Source: Armatimonadota bacterium
GTDB taxonomy: Bacteria; Sysuimicrobiota; Sysuimicrobiia; Sysuimicrobiales; Humicultoraceae
Direction of reading: 5' to 3'
Length of the DNA stretch: 18,642 bases
Assembly: GCA_037443365.1 (NCBI GenBank)
Contig: JBBIOM010000035.1
Coordinates: forward strand, 1,284-19,925
The notes under the pieces were generated by a model. It was not told the DNA's origin and did not search any database. It worked only from the letters and a program-made list of their open reading frames with translations. Below, in pieces: positions 1 to 9,199 of this stretch. A program made the translations under genes and the position numbers. The first letter of the stretch is position 1; each line of letters starts with the position of its first letter.

Positions 1-57
1 GGCTGGCAGGCTGGTGGCTGGCAAGTCGGTGCTCGGCAAACTGGTCGTCGGGGCCAT
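1..57 (-). CDS. 5' fragment of a divergent gene running off the window edge (MAPTTSLPSTDLPATSLPA...)
   Basis: Minus-strand ATG at 57 with GAGGA Shine-Dalgarno (69-65) 7 nt upstream. Open frame to position 1. Only 19 codons are visible, so the product is unknown. Confidence 0.5.
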   Translation of the reverse strand, partial: MAPTTSLPSTDLPATSLPA

Positions 58-108
58 GGCCGGGTCCTCGGTGTATCTATCGTCCGGGTCAGGAGGAATT
101 TGCGGATC

Positions 109-138
109 CGACGAACTAGGTCCGGACCTAGTTGGTCG
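109..138. repeat. Inverted repeat: perfect 20-bp palindrome AACTAGGTCCGGACCTAGTT (114-133), extending to 30 bp with one mismatched pair
   Basis: CGAC-G-AACTAGGTCC|GGACCTAGTT-G-GTCG read directly. It lies in the intergenic region between divergent genes. Confidence 0.9.
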
Positions 139-143
139 AGGAT

Positions 144-173
144 GAGGCCGGCGCACCCGAGGCCGGCGCACCC
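144..173. repeat. Exact 15-bp tandem duplication GAGGCCGGCGCACCC x2
   Basis: Copies at 144-158 and 159-173 read directly. Confidence 0.9.
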
Positions 174-249
174 TTGGACTTTGAGTTCCGGGCAGGAACC
201 CCGATGCGGTCCGCCAGGGTAGTAGTGTATCCTTGGACGGGGATGTAAG

Positions 250-1889
<1,640 letters not shown>

Positions 1890-1907
1890 CTGGCAGCGGC
1901 GCCAGGC

Positions 1908-1932
1908 AGGAATCCAGGCCCGGCCAGCGAAT
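1908..1932 (+). promoter_or_regulatory. Putative sigmaH-type promoter (AGGA-N17-GAAT) upstream of divIC
   Basis: GCAGGA ATCCAGGCCCGGCCAGC GAAT in the eno-divIC gap. Elements and spacing match the Bacillus sigmaH consensus. Confidence 0.55.
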
Positions 1933-1985
1933 CGGCGCGGTTGGGGATACGTGCCGGAGTCGTCCCTTACGTCGCAGCAACCGTC

Positions 1986-2324
1986 ATGCCACAGGCCGAG
2001 ACACGTCGCCCTGTTCTGCCCCCGGGCTCTCGCAGCCGCGTGGTCCCGCGCTGGATCGGTCCGCTCGTGGCCGCCGGCGTGCTGCTGGCGGTCGGGGCGG
2101 CGTTCGGCGGCGCGTACTGGGACGGCTTCAAGGTGCACCGCGAGATGCAGTCCCTGGCCCAGGAACGGGAGGCCCTGAGAAGGCAGAACGCGCAGCTCCG
2201 CGAGGAGATCCGGCTGCTGAACACGCCGGAGTACATAGAGCGAATCGCAAGGGAGCAGCTGGGGCTCATCCGGCCAGGAGAGATCGCGGTCATCCTTGTC
2301 AGACCCACGCCCGCGCCGCGCTAG
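1986..2324 (+). CDS. divIC: Septum formation initiator DivIC/FtsB
   Basis: One TM segment (WIGPLVAAGVLLAVGAAFGGAY), a coiled coil, and the signature YIERIAREQLGLIRPGE. It follows eno. Start is uncertain: ATG 1986 or TTG 1941. Confidence 0.9.
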   Translation: MPQAETRRPVLPPGSRSRVVPRWIGPLVAAGVLLAVGAAFGGAYWDGFKVHREMQSLAQEREALRRQNAQLREEIRLLNTPEYIERIAREQLGLIRPGEIAVILVRPTPAPR

Positions 2325-2397
2325 AGCGCTCCGCGGGCGTGGACAAGACCCGTCACGCGACGGGATCAGTGATGGAAAGGGGTGTGTCCGCAAGAGC

Positions 2398-2772
2398 ATG
2401 GGGCCAGAGACAGGAAGTATCGTCGAGGGTACGGTAGTCAAGATAACCAACTACGGCGCCTTCATCGAGCTCCCCGATGGAAAGAGCGGTCTGGTGCACA
2501 TCTCCGAGATCGCCGACACATATGTGAAGGACGTAAAAGACTACCTGAAGGAGCGCGAGAAGGTCAGGGTCAAGATCCTCGGCCTCAACGAGAAGGGCAA
2601 GCTCGACCTGTCGGTCAAGCAGGCTCTCTCGCCCGAGGAGCGCCAGGTGCGGGGCCGGGCGCGCACCTCGTTCGAGGACAAGCTCAAGGCCTTCATGAAG
2701 GAGAGCGAGGAGCGGCTGCTCGACCTGAAGCGCAGCACCGAGGCCAAGCGCGGCGGACGACGCAGGAAGTAG
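2398..2772 (+). CDS. yabR: S1 RNA-binding domain protein, YabR/YugI family
   Basis: S1 fold G.IVEGTVVKITNYGAFIEL...GLVHISEIAD.YVKDV...LSVKQ, plus the YabR-type tail SFEDKLKAFMKESEERL.DLKRSTEAKRGGR. It lies directly after divIC. Confidence 0.9.
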   Translation: MGPETGSIVEGTVVKITNYGAFIELPDGKSGLVHISEIADTYVKDVKDYLKEREKVRVKILGLNEKGKLDLSVKQALSPEERQVRGRARTSFEDKLKAFMKESEERLLDLKRSTEAKRGGRRRK

Positions 2773-2781
2773 CAGGCGGGC

Positions 2782-3129
2782 CTACTCTATCCCCAGAATC
2801 CTCACCACCGCCTCAAACGCGCCCCAGATGATGTCGTCGCGCTCGAGCTGGCGCGAGCGATCCGAGATGCCCTCGCGCGCGTCAAGGGCAGCCAGCCTTG
2901 CGTCCATCTCGCGCAACTGGTCCAGCACGCCCTCGACCTCGGGCACAATCGAGGCCTCGGGAAGCTCGGAACGCATCTTCCCGAGGGTATCCCACTCGAC
3001 CTTGCGGGCCAGGCGGTCCATCTCCTGGGCCTCGATCTTCGAGTAGACAACGAGTCCCCGGCGCTCTTCGAGCGCCTCGATCATTATCTCGCGCAGCTTC
3101 TTCAACAGCGGGCGTGCCTCAGGTGTCAT
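2782..3129 (-). CDS. Hypothetical ~115 aa charged, alpha-helical protein
   Basis: ATG 3129 with AGGAG about 8 nt upstream, overlapping the end of the ABC gene by 11 nt. Natural E/K/L/R-rich composition. No family recognised. Confidence 0.8.
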   Translation of the reverse strand: MTPEARPLLKKLREIMIEALEERRGLVVYSKIEAQEMDRLARKVEWDTLGKMRSELPEASIVPEVEGVLDQLREMDARLAALDAREGISDRSRQLERDDIIWGAFEAVVRILGIE

Positions 3130-4939
3130 GGCGCGGCTCCTGGTCTCGGTACTGCAACTGGTAGAGCTTGGTGTAGATGCCACCGCGCAAGAGCAACTCG
3201 CGGTGCGTTCCCTCCTCCGCTATGCGGCCCCTGTGGATCACCAGGATGCGATCCACGTGCTGGATCGTCGAGAGCCGGTGGGCGATGATGATCGAGGTCC
3301 GGTCTTGCATCACGCGGCCCAGCGCCTCCTGGATGAGGATCTCGGTGTCAGTATCCACGCTGCTGGTCGCCTCGTCCAGCACCAGCAGGACGTCCGGGTT
3401 GTGGACGATCGCCCGCGCGAACGCTATCAGCTGCTTCTGCCCGACCGAGAGCGTGGCCCCGCGCTCCTGCACCTGGGCCCGGTAGCCCCCTGGGAGGCGA
3501 TCGATAAACTTGGCGGCGTTCACGAACTCGGCCGCGCGGCGCACCTGCTCCGAGGTGATCGAGGACGTCCCCAGCCGGATGTTGTCCTCGATCGTGCCTG
3601 CGAACAGGAAGACGTCCTGGAGGACCAGTCCTATGTGCCGGCGCAGATCGCGCTGGTCCCATCCCCGCACGTCGAGGCCGTCCACCATGACTCGCCCGCG
3701 CTGTGGATCGTAGAAGCGCATGATCAAGTTGATGATCGAGGACTTGCCGGCCCCGGTGTGCCCCACGAACGCGACGCTCTCGCCCGCCCGGATGTGGAAC
3801 GACACGTCCCGCAGCACCCAGTCCTGCTCCGGGGCGGGGTCCTGCCGCGCGGTAGGCTCATAGGCGAACCAGACGTCGCGGAACTCGATCTCCCCCCGCA
3901 CGCGATCCGCGCGCACCGGCGCGGGCGGATCCTCCACCTCGACCGGTTCGTCGAGCAGGCGGAACAGCCGCTCGGATGAGGCCATGGCCGCCTGCAGGAT
4001 GTTGTACTTCTCGGCCAGATCCTCGATCGGCTCGAAGAACCGCTGCGCGTACTGCACGAACGCCACAACGAGCCCCACGCTGATCGTCCCCGCCAGCGCC
4101 TGGATGCCGCCGTAGGCGATGATGATCGCCACCGCCACCGCGCTCATCGCGCCCACCACGGGGTGGAAGATGGCGAACGAGCGCAGCGAGGCCATGCTGG
4201 CCGCCAGGTGCTCGCGGTTCAGCTCGTCGAACCGCGCCTGCTCGCGGGCCTCGCGCCCGAAGAGCTGGACGATCCCCATCCCCATGATGTGCTCGTTGAG
4301 GAAGGCGTTGATGCGGGCCAGGCGCACGCGGATCGCGCGGTAGGCCTCGCGCGCCGCCTCCCTGAACCGCGCGGTGAAGTAGATGATCGCGGGCAAGACC
4401 AGCATCGTGGCCAGCGCCAGGCGCCAGTCGAGGTACAGCAGGATGGCCACGATGCCCACCAGCGTCACCATGTCGCCGAAGATGGCCACGACGCCCTGCG
4501 TGATCATCTCGTTGAGGGCCTCGACATCGTTGGTGACGCGCGTCACAAGACGGCCGACCGGGTGGCGCGTGTAGAAGCCGACCGAGAGCCGCTGGAGGTG
4601 GCCTAGCAACTCCATCCTGAGGTCGTACATGGCGCGTTGCCCGACGCGCGCCATCACGTAGGTCTGGGCGTACCGGAGGAAGAACGCCGCAACCAGCGCT
4701 CCCATGTAGGCGAGTATCACCGCCCCGAGCCCGTCGGGCCGGGCGGGCGCGATGTGCTCGTCTATGGCGATCCGCACGATGTAGGGCCCCACCAGGCTCG
4801 CCGCCGAGGTGAGCAGCAGCAGCACCACGGCCAGGGCGACCGCGGCGCTGTACGGGCGCACGTAGCCCAAGAGCCGTCGCATCAGGCGCGCATCGTACGC
4901 CGCGCCGATGATCTCGTCTTCGTGGAACGCGCTGCTCAT
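3119..4939 (-). CDS. ABC exporter subunit (TMD+NBD), MdlB/TM288-like half of a heterodimer
   Basis: N-terminal TM domain, Walker A GHTGAGKS, Q-loop VLQD, degenerate signature LSVGQ, Walker B LLVLDE, H-switch IAHRLST. ATGA overlap with the upstream partner. Confidence 0.95.
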   Translation of the reverse strand: MSSAFHEDEIIGAAYDARLMRRLLGYVRPYSAAVALAVVLLLLTSAASLVGPYIVRIAIDEHIAPARPDGLGAVILAYMGALVAAFFLRYAQTYVMARVGQRAMYDLRMELLGHLQRLSVGFYTRHPVGRLVTRVTNDVEALNEMITQGVVAIFGDMVTLVGIVAILLYLDWRLALATMLVLPAIIYFTARFREAAREAYRAIRVRLARINAFLNEHIMGMGIVQLFGREAREQARFDELNREHLAASMASLRSFAIFHPVVGAMSAVAVAIIIAYGGIQALAGTISVGLVVAFVQYAQRFFEPIEDLAEKYNILQAAMASSERLFRLLDEPVEVEDPPAPVRADRVRGEIEFRDVWFAYEPTARQDPAPEQDWVLRDVSFHIRAGESVAFVGHTGAGKSSIINLIMRFYDPQRGRVMVDGLDVRGWDQRDLRRHIGLVLQDVFLFAGTIEDNIRLGTSSITSEQVRRAAEFVNAAKFIDRLPGGYRAQVQERGATLSVGQKQLIAFARAIVHNPDVLLVLDEATSSVDTDTEILIQEALGRVMQDRTSIIIAHRLSTIQHVDRILVIHRGRIAEEGTHRELLLRGGIYTKLYQLQYRDQEPRHDT

Positions 4940-6681
4940 GGCGCCGAGTCCTCGTCGGCCTCCAGGGCTTCCTTGAGGAGCTGCTTGTGGTAGAGGTCGG
5001 CGTAGAGACCGCCCCGTGCCAGCAGCGCGTCGTGCGTGCCCTGCTCGACGATCCTCCCGTCGTCCAGCACGACGATGAGGTCGGCCCCGCGCACGGTCGA
5101 GATGCGGTGCGAGATGACGAGGCTCGTGCGCGTGGCCATGAAGCGGCGCAACTGCTGGAGGATCTCCTCCTCGGTGCGCGTGTCAACGCTGGACAGCGCG
5201 TCGTCCAGGATCAGGATCGAGGGGTCGCGGGCCAGCGCCCTGGCGATCGTGGCGCGCTGCTTCTGCCCGCCCGAGAGGGTGACCCCGCGCTCGCCGACCA
5301 CGGTCTCGTATCCGTGCGGGAACCCGGCAATCTCCGGGGCCAGGCGCGCGATCTCTGCGGCCTCGCGCGCGCGGGTCAGGTCGCCGCCGTCCAGGCCGAA
5401 GGCCAGGTTGCCCTCCAGGGTATCGGAGAACAGGAAGGGCTCCTGGGGCACCAGGCCGATGCCCCCACGCAGCGCGTCCAGGCTCAGGCGGCGCACGTCC
5501 ACCCCGTCCACCAGGACCGCGCCGGAACTGGGGTCGAACAGGCGTGGGATGAGCGACACGAGCGTGGTCTTGCCCGAGCCGGTAGGGCCGACGATCGCCA
5601 CGGTCGCCCCCGCGGGAACGCGGAGGTTGATGTCGCGAAGCACCGGCGTCCCGTTGTAGGCGAACGCTACGTTGCGGAACTCGACCTCGCCGCGCAGCCG
5701 CTCGGGCCGCGACGCATCCGGCGGCTCGGTGATGCCCGGACGGCTGTCGAAGATCGCCTCCAGCCGCCGCATCGAGGCGAGCCCTTGCTGCACAATCGTC
5801 GCCACCCAGCCCAGCGCGATCATGGGCCACGACAGCATCATCAGGTAGCCGAAGAACTGCACGAGCTGCCCCAGCGTGATGCGCCCGGCGATCACGGCCT
5901 GGCCTCCCTGGTGCAGCACCGCGGCGGCCGCCGCCCCCAGGATGAGCGTCATCGCCGGCCACAGGGCGCCACTGGTGCGCATCAGGCGCAGCGAGCGCGC
6001 CACGTACTCGCGGTTGATCGCGCCGAAGGTGGCCATCTCGGCGGGCTCCTGCGCGAACGCCCGCACGACGCGCACGCCCGAGAAGTTCTCCTGCGCGCGG
6101 GCCGAGAGCGTGCTGAACTGCTCCTGCACCGCCTCGTATTGCCGGTGGATGCGCCGGCCCAGGAGCAGGAAGACCAGGCTGACCAATGGCAGGATGCCCA
6201 GCACCACGAGGGCCAGCGGCGGGTCTATGGCGAACATGAGCGCGCCGGCCGCTGTGAACATGACGATCGTGTTGAACCCGTGCATGATGCCCACGCCCGC
6301 GAGGCGGCTGACGGTGCTGAGGTCGTTGATCGCCCGGGCCATCAGGTCGCCGGTGCGGGTGTGCTGGAAGAAGGCCTGGTGCATGCGCTGCAGGTGCGCG
6401 AAGTAGTCGCTGCGGATCTCGTACTCGATCCGCCGGGCTGCCCCCAGCATCTTCATGCGCCAGTGGTAACGGATGAACCCGCCGGTAAGCGCGATCCCCA
6501 CGTAGGCCGCGGCCAGCCCCACCAGCACGCGCGGCGCGGTGCCGGAGCGGATGCCGTCGATGGCCAGGCGCAGCACCCAGGGGTTGGTCACGGACAGGCC
6601 GGTCGAGAGCAGACTGAGGACGAAGCCGATCAGGTAGGCGCGGCGGTGCGCCAGGACGTACGCGCGCAGGCGTCTGCTCAT
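4936..6681 (-). CDS. ABC exporter subunit (TMD+NBD), MdlA/TM287-like half of a heterodimer
   Basis: RTGDLMARAINDL TMD motif, Walker A GPTGSGKT, signature LSGGQ, non-canonical Walker B ILILDD, ISHRIST. ATG 6681 overlaps the pxpA TGA (ATGA). Confidence 0.95.
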   Translation of the reverse strand: MSRRLRAYVLAHRRAYLIGFVLSLLSTGLSVTNPWVLRLAIDGIRSGTAPRVLVGLAAAYVGIALTGGFIRYHWRMKMLGAARRIEYEIRSDYFAHLQRMHQAFFQHTRTGDLMARAINDLSTVSRLAGVGIMHGFNTIVMFTAAGALMFAIDPPLALVVLGILPLVSLVFLLLGRRIHRQYEAVQEQFSTLSARAQENFSGVRVVRAFAQEPAEMATFGAINREYVARSLRLMRTSGALWPAMTLILGAAAAAVLHQGGQAVIAGRITLGQLVQFFGYLMMLSWPMIALGWVATIVQQGLASMRRLEAIFDSRPGITEPPDASRPERLRGEVEFRNVAFAYNGTPVLRDINLRVPAGATVAIVGPTGSGKTTLVSLIPRLFDPSSGAVLVDGVDVRRLSLDALRGGIGLVPQEPFLFSDTLEGNLAFGLDGGDLTRAREAAEIARLAPEIAGFPHGYETVVGERGVTLSGGQKQRATIARALARDPSILILDDALSSVDTRTEEEILQQLRRFMATRTSLVISHRISTVRGADLIVVLDDGRIVEQGTHDALLARGGLYADLYHKQLLKEALEADEDSAP

Positions 6682-7442
6682 GCGGCCCAGGGCGGTGACA
6701 CGCGCACCCCTGCTGCCTCGAGGGCCGCCCGGGCCGCGGCGGCGAGAGTCCCCGCTCCAGGCGTATCGCTGTGCACGCAGAGCGTGCGCGGGCGCAGCAG
6801 TATCCGGGTGCCGTCGGGCGCCTCGACCGTCCCCTCGGTGGCCAGCGCGACAGCGCGCGCGGCCACCTGGTCCGGGTCGGTCACGAGCGCGCCTGGCTCC
6901 GCGCGCGGCCGGAGCGTGCCGTCGCGGCGGTAGGCGCGGTCGAGGAACGCCTCGTAGGCCACAGGGATCCCGCGCGACTCGGCCGCCGCGGCCATGGCCG
7001 AATCGCGCGGAGCGTACAACCACAATCCATCAAAAGCAGACACGGCCCCGGCGATCGCTCCGGCCAGCGCCGCGTCCGCGACCGCCATGTTGTAGAGCGC
7101 GCCGTGCACCTTCACGTGCCGGAGGCGCACGCCCGCAGAGGCGGCCAGCGCGGCCACCGCGCCGATCTGGTAGACCAGCATCGCCTCCAGCTCGGCGGGT
7201 GGAATCTGCATGGCGCGGCGCCCGAACCCCTGCAGGTCCGGGTAGCCGGGATGCGCGCCCACGGCCACGCCCGCGTCCGCGGCCGCGCGGATCGCCGCGA
7301 GGATGACCACGGGATCGCCGGCGTGCGCTCCGCAGGCCACGCTGAGCGAACTCACTGAGCGAAGCAGGTCCGCGTCGGCGCCCATGGTGTAGGCGCCGAA
7401 TCCCTCGCCTCCATCCGCGTTGATGTCAACTGTCGCGCGCAT
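6678..7442 (-). CDS. pxpA: 5-oxoprolinase subunit A (LamB/YcsF family)
   Basis: Motifs DINADGGEGFG, ACGAHAGD, GAHPGYPDLQGFGRR, HVKVHGALYN, EAFLDRAY and CVHSDTPGA. AGGAGG precedes ATG 7442. Confidence 0.92.
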   Translation of the reverse strand: MRATVDINADGGEGFGAYTMGADADLLRSVSSLSVACGAHAGDPVVILAAIRAAADAGVAVGAHPGYPDLQGFGRRAMQIPPAELEAMLVYQIGAVAALAASAGVRLRHVKVHGALYNMAVADAALAGAIAGAVSAFDGLWLYAPRDSAMAAAAESRGIPVAYEAFLDRAYRRDGTLRPRAEPGALVTDPDQVAARAVALATEGTVEAPDGTRILLRPRTLCVHSDTPGAGTLAAAARAALEAAGVRVSPPWAA

Positions 7443-8151
7443 GTCCAACCTCCTGCTCGAGGCGCTCCAGGAAGCCCCGCACGGCCTGGTTCGTGGCGCG
7501 GGGCTGCTCGAGCATGACCATGTGCCCGGCCTGCTCGATCGTCACCATCTCGGATCCGGCGATCCGCTCATTCAGGTAGCGTCCGTACTTCACCGGGGTG
7601 AGCCGATCCTCTGCCCCGCAGATGACAAGCGTCGGCAGGCGCAGCGCATCCAGCTCGCCCATTGCATCGAAGGCGTCGGCGGCCTCCAGGTCCGCCAGGA
7701 GCACACCCGGTGGCGTGGCGCCCAGGAGCGCCAGCGCCTTCTCGCGCTGGCGCGGGGGCGGGTTCGTCCCGAACCACATCGCGCCGAACTGCGCGATCAC
7801 CGCGGTATCTGCGGCGCGCACACCCTCGAGGATCTGCGGCGCCACCCGCAGGCGCGCGCCCGTGCAGAGCAGGATGAGCGCGCGCACCTCGCCGGGATGC
7901 GAGAGCGCCCAGCCAAGCGCGATCGCGCCGCCCAGCGAATGCCCGGCCAGGACACGCGGGGCGCCCGTCCCGCACGCGGCGCGCAGCGCCCCGACGAAGC
8001 CCTCCACGCTGTTCGGCGTATCCCCGGCTCGACCTGGAAGATCGAGGGCGCGCGCGCGGGGGAATGCCAGGAGCTGGTTCTGCCACACGAGCGCCCGGCC
8101 GCCGGCGCCGTGCAGCAGGAGCAGGCCCTCGCCCAGCGACGCCGCGTCCAA
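7426..8151 (-). CDS. Alpha/beta-fold hydrolase (Abhydrolase_1/6; PcaD/MenH-like)
   Basis: LLHGAGG oxyanion loop, DLPG, nucleophile GHSLGG, acid in GAEDRLTP, His in AGHMV. The TTG start lies 2 nt after the upstream stop. Confidence 0.9.
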   Translation of the reverse strand: MDAASLGEGLLLLHGAGGRALVWQNQLLAFPRARALDLPGRAGDTPNSVEGFVGALRAACGTGAPRVLAGHSLGGAIALGWALSHPGEVRALILLCTGARLRVAPQILEGVRAADTAVIAQFGAMWFGTNPPPRQREKALALLGATPPGVLLADLEAADAFDAMGELDALRLPTLVICGAEDRLTPVKYGRYLNERIAGSEMVTIEQAGHMVMLEQPRATNQAVRGFLERLEQEVGHARDS

Positions 8152-8153
8152 GG

Positions 8154-8801
8154 TCAGCCCCCTGGCGCGGGCGCGAGCCCGACCAGGAACGGGTTGGTGA
8201 GGCGCTCGCGGCCCACCGTGGTCGCCGGGCCATGACCGCTGTAGAGCACGGTCTCGTCGGGCAGCGTCAGGATGTGGCGCGCGATCGAGCGCATCATCGT
8301 CTCGTAGTCCCCGCCCGGCAGGTCGGTGCGGCCGATGCTCCCGGGGAAGACCAGGTCGCCCACGAAGGCCGCGTCCTCACCGAGGAGGCAGATGTGCCCG
8401 GGGCTGTGCCCGGGCGTGTGCGCGACACGAAACCGCGCGCCGGCCAGGGTGATCTCGTCGCCGTCACATAGCAGGCGGTCGGGAGCCGGCGGCTGCGGCA
8501 CGGTGATGCCGAAGAGCAGCAGGCCATAATCCGCCGCGACGCCCAGCACCGGGAGCTCGGCCTCACCGGCCCAGAACGGCGCACCGGTCGAGAGCACCAG
8601 GTCGCGTACCGCGCCGATGTGGTCGAAGTGGGCGTGCGTGATGATGATCGCCTCGAGCGTCAGGTTCCATCGCGCAAGCGAGGCGGTCACGCGCCCGGCA
8701 TCGCCGCCGGGATCGATGACGGCCGCGCCGCCGCTTGCCTCGTCGCGCACGATGTAGCAGTTGGTCGCCATGGGGCCGAGCTGCAGCGTCTCGACTATCA
8801 C
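8154..8801 (-). CDS. MBL-fold metallo-hydrolase, glyoxalase II-like (GloC/YcbL family)
   Basis: Motifs NCYIV, IDPG, THAHFDHIG (HxHxDH), TPGHSPG, GDLVF.GSIGRTDLPGG and SGHGPATT. GGGAGG lies 9 nt before GTG 8801. Confidence 0.93.
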   Translation of the reverse strand: MIVETLQLGPMATNCYIVRDEASGGAAVIDPGGDAGRVTASLARWNLTLEAIIITHAHFDHIGAVRDLVLSTGAPFWAGEAELPVLGVAADYGLLLFGITVPQPPAPDRLLCDGDEITLAGARFRVAHTPGHSPGHICLLGEDAAFVGDLVFPGSIGRTDLPGGDYETMMRSIARHILTLPDETVLYSGHGPATTVGRERLTNPFLVGLAPAPGG

Positions 8802-8896
8802 TCGTGGGGGCCTCCCGAGCGAAGTTGCGTGATCACGCGAGGATGCCCGGCCACAGGGAGACGAAGCCTCGCCAAGGAATACGTCCCCGGAAGGCC

Positions 8897-9166
8897 TTAT
8901 CGCGCCGGGCGCGGAAAACCGAGCAGGTAGCGGCGCGCGGCCTCGATGCGCGCGGGCAGGCGCTCGCCCCAATCCTGTCCGGCGACATCGTCGCCGGACA
9001 CAAACATGAGGGCGTGGGCCGCGCCGAGAGCCAGGCCGAAGTGCACCCCGGGGACCGGGGTGTCGCGCCACCGCACCGAGCCGCGGTCAACCGCGAGCGA
9101 CGGATCAACGCCGCCTGCGGCATCGCGCAGGCGCCTGTAGGCCTCGCGTTCGGTCAGGGTACTCAC
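8897..9166 (-). CDS. Hypothetical ~89 aa protein
   Basis: Fills the gap between the MBL gene and nanE. Sequence looks globular (LTEREAYRRLRDAA...VHFGLALG.AHALMFV...WGERLPARIEAARRYL). Start is GTG 9166, with ATG 9184 as an alternative. Confidence 0.7.
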   Translation of the reverse strand: MSTLTEREAYRRLRDAAGGVDPSLAVDRGSVRWRDTPVPGVHFGLALGAAHALMFVSGDDVAGQDWGERLPARIEAARRYLLGFPRPAR

Positions 9167-9172
9167 CTGTTC

Positions 9173-9178
9173 ATTGTA
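9173..9178 (-). promoter_or_regulatory. Putative -10 box TACAAT, 6 nt before GTG 9166 (leaderless configuration)
   Basis: Minus strand reads GC-TACAAT-GAACAG-GTG. No good SD and no clear -35. Confidence 0.45.
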
Positions 9179-9199
9179 GCGCATAAGGGGGCTTCGCGC

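Noticed and set aside
109-173. CRISPR array or intrinsic terminator
   Set aside because: There is no repeat-spacer periodicity and no cas genes. The palindrome lacks a U-tract and lies between divergent, not convergent, genes.
4987-6933. Long antisense ORFs (4987-6933 +, 9323-11272 -, 15210-17138 +, 12035-13543 - and similar)
   Set aside because: Shadow frames opposite well-supported genes. High GC suppresses stop codons, and the products have no recognisable motifs.
6682-7023. Apparent 114-aa N-terminal extension of the ABC subunit
   Set aside because: It overlaps pxpA in another frame and is Arg/Gly/Pro-rich noise. ATG 6681 gives an ATGA coupling.
8154-8801. MBL gene as a true beta-lactamase resistance gene
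   Set aside because: No signal peptide, and the GRTDLPGG motif is typical of housekeeping GloC/YcbL-like enzymes.
8873-8888. CAAGGAATACGTCCCC resembling CAAGGAATACTCCCC near 15640 (-)
   Set aside because: It has no GAAT/GAAC at the right spacing and points antisense to the local genes. With only two short copies, chance cannot be excluded.
8735-9199. N-terminal extensions of nanE (from 8735) and of the MBL gene (from 9071)
   Set aside because: Family homology and SD sequences place the starts at 9200 and 8801.
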